Positions 8,378-17,440 of a stretch of 64,000 nt of DNA are shown here, piece after piece. The translations under genes were made by a program, and so were the position numbers. The DNA lies in assembly GCA_026397635.1 (NCBI GenBank), contig JAPLUL010000057.1, forward strand, positions 7,665 to 71,664, given 5' to 3'. Below the pieces are notes generated by a model that was not told where the DNA came from, made no database searches, and saw only the letters and a program-made list of their open reading frames with translations. The DNA comes from Verrucomicrobiota bacterium (GTDB lineage Bacteria > Verrucomicrobiota > Verrucomicrobiia > Verrucomicrobiales > Verrucomicrobiaceae). Position 1 is the stretch's first letter. Every line of letters starts with the position of its first letter.

Positions 8378-9811
8378 ATGAAAAAGCAGTCCCACAGCAG
8401 CAAGGCGGCCAGCGTGTCTTCCAAGAAGGCGGTCCGCCCAAGGGCGAAATCAAATGCAGGGGTCATCAAAGACAGTGACGATTTGAAGCGCCCGGTGTCG
8501 AAGGCCGCTGTTTCGACGCGGAAAACGAGCGCCGGCTCACTCACTGTGATGGCCAGCGGGGAGTTTGCCATCGGCACCACCACGGTTGAAAAAGAACCTG
8601 CCAAGAAGGGGTGGTTCCGGCGTTTCTTCGGCGTCAAGCGGCAGAAGCCACGTCTGCTCTGGATCGGCGACGCACTCGTGCCCACCGGCTTCGCCACCGT
8701 GACGCACGCTGTGTTGAATCATCTTCAGCATGATTGGGATGTGGTCGTCTCTGGCATCAACTATGATGGTTCCGAACACGAACTGCCCTATCAAGTCATG
8801 CCCGCCTGCCAGGGCGGAGACATGTGGGGCATGAATCGTTTCGCGCATCTCTGTGCTGAGTTCGATCCCGCCGCGGTCATCATCAACAACGACTGGTGGA
8901 ACGTGGCTCAGTTCGCTAAGATCGCACCGAAGGGCGTGCCCATCATCGGTTACATGCCTGTGGACGGTGGCCACCTTGATCCGGCTGCGATGCAGGAGCT
9001 CAATAAGCTACGTGCCGCCGTGTGGTACACGAATTTCGGCCATCGTGAGGCGTTGAAGGCCGGATTCAAAGGCAAACGGCATGTCATTCCGCATGGCATC
9101 GACACCGCATTGTTCCAACCGATGATTCGTTCGGACGCACGTCGCCTGCTCGATCTGAACGTGCCGCACAACGCCTTCATCGCCGGCAATCTCAACCGCA
9201 ACCAGCCGCGCAAGCGCCTGGATCTCTCCATTCACATCTTCGCCGACTGGATCAAGCAGCAGCGCGTCTCCAACGCCTACCTCCTCCTGCATTGCGCTCA
9301 AAAAGACACGGGCTGGGATCTGCGCCGCGTCGCCGCTTTCCACGGCATCGCTGATCGTCTGCTGCTCACTGGTTGCGAGGACATTCGCGGCCTGCAAAGC
9401 CCTCAGCAGCTCCAGCGCATCTACGGCAGCCTCGACGTGCAGATTTCCACCACGCTGGGCGAGGGCTGGGGCCTCACCACCATGGAAGGCATGGCCTGCG
9501 GCATCCCGCAGATCGTGCCGGACTCCTCCGCCTTGGCCGAATGGGCCGTGCCTGCGGTGAAAATCCCGTGCTCCAGGCTGCTCATGAACCCCGAGATCAA
9601 CACCGCTGGCGCTCTCGTCGATCACGCGCCGTTCGTGGCTGCCTTGCAGTCGCTCTACACCGACCAAGAACTTCGTTCGCGCCTTGCCGCGCAGGGCATG
9701 GAGCATGTTCGTCGTGATGAATTCGACTGGCACAACATCGCTCAGGAGTTTCACGCCGTCCTAGCTCCCACCGTTCGCAAAAAATCTGCGAAACGGCTGC
9801 AGCACGCGTGA
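8378..9811 (+). CDS. Glycosyltransferase family 4 with a basic N-terminal extension
   Basis: PTGFATV, VIPHGIDT, NRNQPRKRLD and EGWGLTTMEGMACGIPQ motifs. Confidence 0.88.
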   Translation: MKKQSHSSKAASVSSKKAVRPRAKSNAGVIKDSDDLKRPVSKAAVSTRKTSAGSLTVMASGEFAIGTTTVEKEPAKKGWFRRFFGVKRQKPRLLWIGDALVPTGFATVTHAVLNHLQHDWDVVVSGINYDGSEHELPYQVMPACQGGDMWGMNRFAHLCAEFDPAAVIINNDWWNVAQFAKIAPKGVPIIGYMPVDGGHLDPAAMQELNKLRAAVWYTNFGHREALKAGFKGKRHVIPHGIDTALFQPMIRSDARRLLDLNVPHNAFIAGNLNRNQPRKRLDLSIHIFADWIKQQRVSNAYLLLHCAQKDTGWDLRRVAAFHGIADRLLLTGCEDIRGLQSPQQLQRIYGSLDVQISTTLGEGWGLTTMEGMACGIPQIVPDSSALAEWAVPAVKIPCSRLLMNPEINTAGALVDHAPFVAALQSLYTDQELRSRLAAQGMEHVRRDEFDWHNIAQEFHAVLAPTVRKKSAKRLQHA

Positions 9812-9880
9812 ACAACCGTCGGTCCTTCATCTTTTCAACGCCTCATCTTGAAGAGGTTTCGTCCGAGGCAGCTTAAAACA

Positions 9881-11632
9881 CTACTTCAGCGGCCAGCACA
9901 GCGGCACCAGCGCCAGGACAATGAGAAGCATGACGAAGGTGAGGCCGCCGCCGGCTTTGATGAAGTCGGAGAAGCGGTATTTGCCGGGGCCATAGACGAG
10001 GATGCAGCTCGGCTCGAAGGGAGTCAGCACGGAGACGGAGGCGCTGAGCATCACGCCGATGGCAAAGGCGCGCTGACTGGCCCCCATCGACACCGCAGCC
10101 TGCATGGCGACGGGCAGCACGACGAGCGCGGCGGCGGCGTTCGACATCGGCTGCGTGAGCAGGACAGTGAGGACGCAAAAGCCGGCGAAGACGCCCCAGG
10201 GTTGCAGCCAACCGGTGATGGCATCGGCCACCATGGCGGCGGCTCCGGAGGACTGCATCGCCACGCCGAAGGCCATCATGCCGCCGATGAGGATGAGCAG
10301 CCGCCAGTCGATGTTGGCGTAGGCGTTTTCGAGGCTGATGCAGCGTGAGCACACGGCAAACATGGCGACGAGGACGAAGGCGATGGTGTCTGGTATCCAC
10401 TCGAAGCTGCTGGCAATGACCGCGAGCACGAAGGCGGCCAGCAGGATGAAGCCGCGGCGGCGTGCCTCGGCGCTGAACTGGTGCTGGGTGAGGACGACGA
10501 TCTCACCGCCCTCCTCAATGGAGCGGAAGCGCTCGTTGGCCCCCTGGAGCAGCAGCACGTCGCCGGCGTGCAGTTTTTCATCGGCCATGTGGTGCAGCAG
10601 GGAGCGCTCGCCGCGCATGAGGGCGAGCACGGAGAGGCCGGTGCGCTGGCGGAAGTTGTTTTCCCGCAAGGAGCGGCCTACCATGCCGGAGCGCGGTGTG
10701 AGCACGACCTCGGCGACTTGAGCGTCGCGCATGTCGATGCCGGAACTGCGCAGCGTGACGTCCTCTAGGATGTCGAGGCCTTCGATTTTCTTCACCTTGA
10801 TGAGGTTTTCTACCTTTCCGGCTACCAGCACGACATCCCCCGCCTCAAAGCGCAGATTTGGCCCGGCATCGAGCAACTGGCCCTGGCGGTTGATTTTGAG
10901 CACCTGAAATTCGAGCGCGGAAAAGTCCGAATCAAAGGCTTCCTGGCCAATGAGCGGCGAGTTTGGCAACACGACGACCTCGGCTAGGTATTCGCGCAAG
11001 GCATCGGCGCTGACGGTGACTTGATCACGCTCCGGCACCAGTTTGGAACCAAACAGCACCATGAAGGCGATGCCACTAACCAGCACCACCAGACCGACAT
11101 GGGTGAACTCGAACATGCCAAGCGGCTCCAGGCCCAGCTTGGTGATCGCGCCGCTGACGGCCACATTCGTGGAGGTGCCGATCAGAGTGCAGGTGCCGCC
11201 GAGGATCGCGGCAAAGGCCAGCGGCATGAGCAAACGCGAAGGCGGCACGCCGATCCGCCGCGCCAGACCCATCACCGGGCCGAGAAACACGGCGGTCACG
11301 GTGGTATTGTTCATAAAAGCGGAAATGAGTCCCACCACCGCCATGAGCACGGTCTGCAGCAGCGCTGGCCGGGTGCCCAGCCCACGGGCAAGCAGCCCGC
11401 CCATCGCATCCAAGATGCCGGTTTCACGCAGCGCGGCACCGATGATGAAAATGGAGGCCAGCAGCACGATGACGCGGTCGCCAAAGCCTGCGAAGGCTTG
11501 GTCCACCCGCAAAATGCCGCACAGAACTAGCACGCACAGCATTCCCAACGTGACCAAGTCCACGGAGATTTTCTCCGTGGCGAAGGCGATGACGGCAATG
11601 ATGAGCAGTGAGATGACGATCCAGGCTTCCAT
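9881..11632 (-). CDS. SLC13/CitMHS-family permease with two TrkA-C domains
   Basis: SAFMNNT, GGTCTLIGTSTN and QPMSNAAA motifs; two EVV-SP/SG-IG RCK_C repeats. Confidence 0.9.
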   Translation of the reverse strand: MEAWIVISLLIIAVIAFATEKISVDLVTLGMLCVLVLCGILRVDQAFAGFGDRVIVLLASIFIIGAALRETGILDAMGGLLARGLGTRPALLQTVLMAVVGLISAFMNNTTVTAVFLGPVMGLARRIGVPPSRLLMPLAFAAILGGTCTLIGTSTNVAVSGAITKLGLEPLGMFEFTHVGLVVLVSGIAFMVLFGSKLVPERDQVTVSADALREYLAEVVVLPNSPLIGQEAFDSDFSALEFQVLKINRQGQLLDAGPNLRFEAGDVVLVAGKVENLIKVKKIEGLDILEDVTLRSSGIDMRDAQVAEVVLTPRSGMVGRSLRENNFRQRTGLSVLALMRGERSLLHHMADEKLHAGDVLLLQGANERFRSIEEGGEIVVLTQHQFSAEARRRGFILLAAFVLAVIASSFEWIPDTIAFVLVAMFAVCSRCISLENAYANIDWRLLILIGGMMAFGVAMQSSGAAAMVADAITGWLQPWGVFAGFCVLTVLLTQPMSNAAAALVVLPVAMQAAVSMGASQRAFAIGVMLSASVSVLTPFEPSCILVYGPGKYRFSDFIKAGGGLTFVMLLIVLALVPLCWPLK

Positions 11633-11752
11633 GAACAGCACACACTTGGCGCAGGGTGCGGGGCCGCTCAAGGCGCAAGCGCTGCAACAACCGTGTCGCA
11701 ATGTTTTGGAAGCAACTTGAGCCGAATGACGTTACTTCGCGCTTTTATCCTC

Positions 11753-12667
11753 ATGCGATTCACCACCCGCCTCATTGCATCCGTCCTGGCTCTTGCTTTC
11801 ACCGCCCACGCGGCTCCGCGGGCCGAGCATGTCTTCATTGTCAGCATTGATGGAGCCAAGCCGGCGGTCGTGGCAGAGGCGGAGACGCCCACGCTGAAGA
11901 AAATCGCCGCTGAAGGTGCGGTCACATGGCAGGCGAGCACGATTTTTCCCTCGATCACGCTGCCCTCGCACACCTCCATGCTCACCGGCGTGGGACCGGA
12001 CAAGCATCAGATCCTGTGGAACGCCTTCACACCGATCCGGGGACCGGTGAAGGTGCCCACCGTGTTCTCGCTGCTCAAAGCCACCGATCCCAAGGCGGTG
12101 ACCGCGATGTTTGTGGGCAAGATCAAGTTCCGCCACTTGTGGCTGAAGGATACGGTGGATCTCTTCGACTTCGGCGGGCCGCAGACAACGGCCCCGGTGG
12201 CCGGGTCTCCCGAGATTGAGAAGGACAAAAAGCCTTCACAAATGGTGGCCAAGCAGGCTGCACCCTGGATTAAGGAGCACAAGCCACGGCTGTGTTTCAT
12301 CCACTTTGCTGATCCTGACACCGCCGGGCACAAGGACGGCTGGGGTTCGCCGCAGCAAAAAGAGGCGCTCAAAGTCACCGACCAAGCGCTCTGGCAGGTC
12401 TGGCAGGCCATCAAAGACGCGGGCCTTGCTGATTCCAGCGTGCTGCTCATCAGCGCCGACCACGGCGGACATGACAAAACACACGGCCTGAACATTCCTG
12501 ATGACATGCTGATCCCCTGGGTGGCCTGGGGCAAAGGCGTGAAGAAAAACTTCACCATCACCGATCCCGTGACGACCTACGACACCGCCGCGACGGCACT
12601 GTGGCTGTTGGATGTGCCGCTGCCCGCCGAATTCGACGGCAAGCCGGTGATCAGCGCGTTTGAGTGA
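11753..12667 (+). CDS. Secreted alkaline phosphatase superfamily (NPP-type) phosphodiesterase
   Basis: Signal peptide; SIDG, SITLPSHTSMLTG, DTAGH and SADHGG metal/nucleophile motifs. Confidence 0.88.
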   Translation: MRFTTRLIASVLALAFTAHAAPRAEHVFIVSIDGAKPAVVAEAETPTLKKIAAEGAVTWQASTIFPSITLPSHTSMLTGVGPDKHQILWNAFTPIRGPVKVPTVFSLLKATDPKAVTAMFVGKIKFRHLWLKDTVDLFDFGGPQTTAPVAGSPEIEKDKKPSQMVAKQAAPWIKEHKPRLCFIHFADPDTAGHKDGWGSPQQKEALKVTDQALWQVWQAIKDAGLADSSVLLISADHGGHDKTHGLNIPDDMLIPWVAWGKGVKKNFTITDPVTTYDTAATALWLLDVPLPAEFDGKPVISAFE

Positions 12668-12752
12668 GAGATCACGACTGGAGAAGATTTCACGCCCGTT
12701 TGGACGCTAGGTCTTGCCAAACCGAAGCCGACTTCCTAACCTCGCGCCCTTT

Positions 12753-13061
12753 ATGAACGAAAAATCATCTGTGAACTGGGAACAACTGGAGGCAAAGCCG
12801 GAATTTCGTGCGCTGCTGGCGAAAAAGAAGGCGTTCATCGTTCCCGCCTTTGTTTTCGGCATGCTGTACTATCTCGCCCTGCCAGTGCTCGTGGGTTATT
12901 TCCCGGAAATGATGAAAACGAAGGTCTGGGGTGAGGTCAACGTGGCCTACGTCTTCGCGTTGTCACAGTTCATCATGGCCTGGGTCATGGCCTTCCTCTA
13001 TGTGCGCGTCGCCACCCAATGGGACAAGGCTGCCGCCGCCGTCATCCATGGCCAGGGCTGA
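12753..13061 (+). CDS. DUF485 (YjcH-like) inner membrane protein
   Basis: About 100 aa with 2 TM helices, directly upstream of actP as in yjcH-actP. Confidence 0.85.
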   Translation: MNEKSSVNWEQLEAKPEFRALLAKKKAFIVPAFVFGMLYYLALPVLVGYFPEMMKTKVWGEVNVAYVFALSQFIMAWVMAFLYVRVATQWDKAAAAVIHGQG

Positions 13062-13070
13062 TTACGCCAT

Positions 13071-13101
13071 CTTGGCATCTGTCATTCTGCATTCGTCACT
13101 T
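13071..13101. repeat. Degenerate heptamer tandem repeat (GTCATTC family, single arm)
   Basis: GGCATCT GTCATTC TGCATTC GTCACTT, lying between the DUF485 gene and actP. Confidence 0.55.
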
Positions 13102-13108
13102 ACCTCCT

Positions 13109-14677
13109 ATGTCCGCCCCTCTCATCATGTTCCTGGCCTTCGTCGGCCTCACGCTGCTCATCACCTTCTGGGCCGCGAAGAAAAACACGGGCGCGAGCGC
13201 CTACTTCGCCGCTGGGCGCAGCATCACCGGCTGGCAAAACGGTCTCGCCGTCGCGGGTGACTACATGAGCGCCGCCAGTTTCCTGGGCATTTCCGGCATG
13301 ATCTATGTGGCCGGCTATGACGGCTTCATGTATTCCGTGGGCTTCCTCGTCGCCTACATCACTGTGCTGCTTATCGTCGCCGAGCCGCTGCGCAACGCCG
13401 GGAAATACACGATGGCCGACTTGCTGGCTTATCGTCTCAAACCTCGGCCTGTGCGCGCACTCGCGTCCCTCAGCACACTGGTGGTCTCCACCTTCTACAT
13501 GATCGCCCAAATGGTCGGCGCGGGCGCGATCATCAAGCAGCTTATCGGTATCGACTTCGAGCCGGCGGTGATCGGCGTGGGCGTGCTGATGCTCGTCTAT
13601 GTCGTCTTCGGCGGCATGCTGGCCACGACTTGGGTGCAAATCATCAAGGCGCTGCTGCTCATGGTCGGTGCGCTGCTACTCAGCTATCTCGTTCTCCAGT
13701 TCCACGAGTTCAGCTTCACCAAGTTCTTCCATGCCGTGGCTCACGCTGACTACGGTGGCAGCGCAGCGCCGAAGAATCTCATGGAGCCGGGCTTGAAATT
13801 CGGCGTCGCAGTCGCAGGGCCATGGGGGCCGATCGACCTCATTTCGCTGTGCCTCGGCCTCGTTCTCGGCACGGCTGGCCTTCCGCACATCCTCGTGCGC
13901 TTTTACACCGTGCCAGATGCCAAGACCGCCCGCTCCAGCGTCGTGTGGGCCATGGCCATCATCGGGCTGTTCTACATCATGACGACGCTGTTCGGTTTCG
14001 GTGCGGCCACGATCATCGACAAAGCGACCCTGACCACCGCCGGTAAACTCGACGTCAACATGGTCGCGCCCGTTCTCGCCCAGGTGCTCGGAGGCGAGTT
14101 CTTCTTCGCCTTCATCAGCGCCGTGGCCTTCGCCACCATCCTCGCGGTCGTCGCTGGCCTCACGATGAGCGCCAGCGCCAGCTTCGCTCATGATTTTTAC
14201 TCTAACGTCATTCATCACGGCAAAGAAAACCGTCCGGGCCAGGAAATCCGCGTCGCGCGGATCACCGCCTTCTGTGTCGGGGCTGCCAGCATCGGATTCG
14301 CCATTCATTTGGGCCCCGCCGTGAACGCTGCTTTCCTCGTCGGCCTCGCCTTCTCCGTCGCCGCGTCCGCGAACCTGCCGGTCATTGTGCTGAGCGTGTT
14401 CTGGAAGCGCTTCAACACTTCCGGAGCCGTTGCTGGTCTGGCCGTCGGTTTGGTGGCGTCCATCGTGCTCATCCTGCTCAGCCCCAGCGGCATTTATGGC
14501 AAAGACGCGCCTTTCCCACTCAGCAATCCTGGCATCGTGAGCATTCCCATCGGTTTCCTCGCTGCTTGGCTCGGAACGCTTCTCACGCCTCGTGATCCCG
14601 AGGCTGAGGCCAAATTCGCCGAACTCACCGTCCGTGCTCACACCGGCCTTGGTTCCGAGAAGGCCACAGCGCATTGA
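13109..14677 (+). CDS. actP: Cation/acetate symporter (sodium:solute symporter family)
   Basis: QNGLAVAGDYMSAASFLG, GGMLATTWVQIIKA and GTAGLPHILVRFYTVPDAK. Confidence 0.93.
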   Translation: MSAPLIMFLAFVGLTLLITFWAAKKNTGASAYFAAGRSITGWQNGLAVAGDYMSAASFLGISGMIYVAGYDGFMYSVGFLVAYITVLLIVAEPLRNAGKYTMADLLAYRLKPRPVRALASLSTLVVSTFYMIAQMVGAGAIIKQLIGIDFEPAVIGVGVLMLVYVVFGGMLATTWVQIIKALLLMVGALLLSYLVLQFHEFSFTKFFHAVAHADYGGSAAPKNLMEPGLKFGVAVAGPWGPIDLISLCLGLVLGTAGLPHILVRFYTVPDAKTARSSVVWAMAIIGLFYIMTTLFGFGAATIIDKATLTTAGKLDVNMVAPVLAQVLGGEFFFAFISAVAFATILAVVAGLTMSASASFAHDFYSNVIHHGKENRPGQEIRVARITAFCVGAASIGFAIHLGPAVNAAFLVGLAFSVAASANLPVIVLSVFWKRFNTSGAVAGLAVGLVASIVLILLSPSGIYGKDAPFPLSNPGIVSIPIGFLAAWLGTLLTPRDPEAEAKFAELTVRAHTGLGSEKATAH

Positions 14678-14763
14678 GATCGCGGCTAAAGATGTGAAAG
14701 CCAATCCCAAGGTGTCGGCATGGTGATTTGCCTTCATGCCACATCATGCCATGATGGGTGGTG

Positions 14764-15564
14764 ATGGATGCGTATGGATTGCTGACCTTTCCCGGTCACG
14801 TTTTTTTTCACTTTTTGAGCTACCTCGGCCAGCTTGCCGCTCTGGCGAGCGAACTCATGATCGCTCTGCGTTCCGGGGTCTGGCGGCTGAAATTGGTGGC
14901 GCAGCAGATCGTGGCCATCGGCTACGGCTCCCAGGGCGTGGTGATCGTGACCGGGGCCTTCACAGGTGCGGTCTTTACCTTTCAGAGCTACGCGAAGTTC
15001 AAGGAGTTCGGTTTTGAGACGACGGTGGGCGCAGTGGTGTCCGTGGCGCTGTGCCGTGAGCTGGGCCCAGTGCTGGCCGGCTTGATGGTGGCGGGCCGAG
15101 TCGGCGCGGCGATGGCGGCGGACATTGGCACCATGAAAGTCACTGAGCAGGTGGATGCGCTGCGCGTGATGGGCGTGCATCCGGTGGATTACCTCGTGCT
15201 GCCACGCTTCCTCGCCATGATGATCTCCATGCCATTCCTCGTGGCGGAGAGCATCTCCTTCGGCCTGATCGCCTCCTACATGGTGACGAGCTTCGGCTAC
15301 GACATGCCCTCCGCGTGGTATCTCACGCACATGATCGACCACACGAACATGGAAGACCTGATCATCGGCATGATCAAGGGCTTCGTTTTTGGCATGATCA
15401 TCACGCTGATCTCCTGCCACCAGGGCCTGGCGGCGGAAAACGGTGCCGTGGGGGTCGGCACGGGCACCACGAACGCGGTGGTCATCTCCTCGCTGGTGCT
15501 GCTGATCGTGAATTTCTTCCTCTCCATTTTGCTGAACTACATCTTTCCCATCGGATCCGTCTGA
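14764..15564 (+). CDS. mlaE: MlaE-family ABC permease
   Basis: RELGPVLAGLMVAGRVGAAMAADIGTMKVTEQVDAL. Confidence 0.92.
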   Translation: MDAYGLLTFPGHVFFHFLSYLGQLAALASELMIALRSGVWRLKLVAQQIVAIGYGSQGVVIVTGAFTGAVFTFQSYAKFKEFGFETTVGAVVSVALCRELGPVLAGLMVAGRVGAAMAADIGTMKVTEQVDALRVMGVHPVDYLVLPRFLAMMISMPFLVAESISFGLIASYMVTSFGYDMPSAWYLTHMIDHTNMEDLIIGMIKGFVFGMIITLISCHQGLAAENGAVGVGTGTTNAVVISSLVLLIVNFFLSILLNYIFPIGSV

Positions 15565-15566
15565 CC

Positions 15567-16352
15567 ATGGCCGCCCCCGCTTCCAGCCCCACCCCGAGCA
15601 ACGACGCCGATGTCTTCATCGAGCTGCGGGATGTCCACAAGCGCTTCGGCAAGCAGGAGATCCTCTGCGGCATCAACCTCACGCTGAAGCATGGCGAGAC
15701 GCTCTGCCTCATCGGCCCCAGCGGTGAGGGCAAGACGGTCACGATGAAGCACATCATCGGCCTCATCCGCCCGGACAGCGGCGATGTCTTTGTGGGCGGC
15801 ATGCACGTCAACAAGCTCAAGGAGCGCGAGATGGCCCCGATCCGCCAAAAGGTCAGCATGCTCTTCCAGGGAGCCGCGCTGTTTGACCGCATGACCGTGG
15901 AGGAAAACGTGGCCTTCCCGCTGATCGAAAGCGGCGTGCGTGACAAGGCGGAGGTCAAACGCCGCGTGCTGGAGGCACTGGAGGCCGTCGATCTCGCCGA
16001 GCATCTGGAAAAATACCCCCCCGCACTCTCCGGCGGCATGCGCAAGCGCACCGGCATCGCCCGTGCCATCATCTGCCGCAGTGAGTGCATCCTCTACGAC
16101 GAGCCGAATTCCGGCCTCGACCCCATCGGCTCTGACATCATTGACCAGATGATTCTGCGCATGCAGAAGCGCTATGGCGTGACCTCCATCATCGTCACCC
16201 ATGACATGCGCAGCATCTTCAAGATCGCCAACCGCGTGGCCATGCTCTACCGGGGCAAGATTCACTTCCTCGGCACCCCTGACGAGATCCGCGCCTCTCC
16301 TGACCCCATTGTACAAAACTTCATCAACGGCCGCTCAGACGTGACTGGCTGA
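15567..16352 (+). CDS. mlaF: MlaF-family ABC ATPase
   Basis: Walker A GPSGEGKT, signature LSGGMRKR, Walker B ILYDEP, H-loop VTHD. Confidence 0.92.
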   Translation: MAAPASSPTPSNDADVFIELRDVHKRFGKQEILCGINLTLKHGETLCLIGPSGEGKTVTMKHIIGLIRPDSGDVFVGGMHVNKLKEREMAPIRQKVSMLFQGAALFDRMTVEENVAFPLIESGVRDKAEVKRRVLEALEAVDLAEHLEKYPPALSGGMRKRTGIARAIICRSECILYDEPNSGLDPIGSDIIDQMILRMQKRYGVTSIIVTHDMRSIFKIANRVAMLYRGKIHFLGTPDEIRASPDPIVQNFINGRSDVTG

Positions 16353-16390
16353 GCCTCCCGCGTCTTTTCACCCTGCAATCCCCCCTTCCC

Positions 16391-17437
16391 ATGATCGACA
16401 GCGACAAAAAAACCGAAATGCTCGTCGGGCTTTTCCTATTCGTCGGGCTGCTCCTGCTCGGCGGCCTCATTTTGCAATTCGGCCGCGTGCGCGAGGTGTT
16501 CAAGGATACCTACGAGCTGCGTGTGGCCTTTCCAAACGCCTCCGGCATCAAGGAAGGCTCCCCCGTCTTCCTCGGTGGCTCCCGCGTCGGCAAGGTGAAG
16601 AACAAGCCCAAGCTCAACACCACCTTCTCCGGCGTCATCATCGACCTGGAGCTCTTCAAGGACGTCATGATCCCTGCGGACGCCACCTTCGCCGTCGGCT
16701 CCGCCGGCCTGATGGGGGACGCCCTCATCGAGATCAAGCCCAGCGGCAAGGAGACCGATGTCTTCCTCCCGCACGACTACGATCAAATCATCGAGGGTGA
16801 AAAAGCTGGCGGCCTCTCCGACCTGCAAAGCACCGCTAAAAACGTCGGCGACAAGGTCGATGTGGTGCTCGACGAGGTCAAAATCTCCCTTCAGGACGTG
16901 AAGCAGGCCATGAGCAAGATCAACAAAGGCGCTCTGGCCGACTCCACCATCCAGGACTTCAAGGAAGGCATGGAGCACCTCAACAACACCCTCAAACGTG
17001 TCGATGAAAAAGTGCTCGGAGAGGAAAACGCGCTCACGCTCAAAACCGCGCTCACCGACCTCAAGGACGCCGCCGCCAGCTTCAAAGGCGCCGCCAAAAA
17101 CGTCGAAGACTCCAGCAAGAAACTCGGCCCCATGTTTGACAAGCTCGATCCCGCCATCGCCAAGGCAGACAAGGTCATGACCACGGCGGATGAATCCCTC
17201 CAGTCGATCAAAAAAGCCGCCGACAGCTTCTCCGCCGCCGCCGCGAACATCTCCTCCAGCAAAGGCCTACTCGGTGCCCTCATGAACGACCAGCGCCTCA
17301 TGGCCGACTTCCGTGACTTGATCTACAACTTCAAGGTCAACGGCCCGCTCTGGTACAAAGACACCGCTGAAAAAATGCGCAGCGGTGAGTTCAAGAAGCA
17401 GACCGAAGAGCAGCCCAAACGTGGCATCTTCCGCTAA
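16391..17437 (+). CDS. mlaD: MlaD/MCE-domain protein with a long helical extension
   Basis: N-terminal TM, MCE motif ASGIKEGSPVFLGGSRVGKV and SAGLMGDALIEI. Confidence 0.88.
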   Translation: MIDSDKKTEMLVGLFLFVGLLLLGGLILQFGRVREVFKDTYELRVAFPNASGIKEGSPVFLGGSRVGKVKNKPKLNTTFSGVIIDLELFKDVMIPADATFAVGSAGLMGDALIEIKPSGKETDVFLPHDYDQIIEGEKAGGLSDLQSTAKNVGDKVDVVLDEVKISLQDVKQAMSKINKGALADSTIQDFKEGMEHLNNTLKRVDEKVLGEENALTLKTALTDLKDAAASFKGAAKNVEDSSKKLGPMFDKLDPAIAKADKVMTTADESLQSIKKAADSFSAAAANISSSKGLLGALMNDQRLMADFRDLIYNFKVNGPLWYKDTAEKMRSGEFKKQTEEQPKRGIFR

Positions 17438-17440
17438 GCC

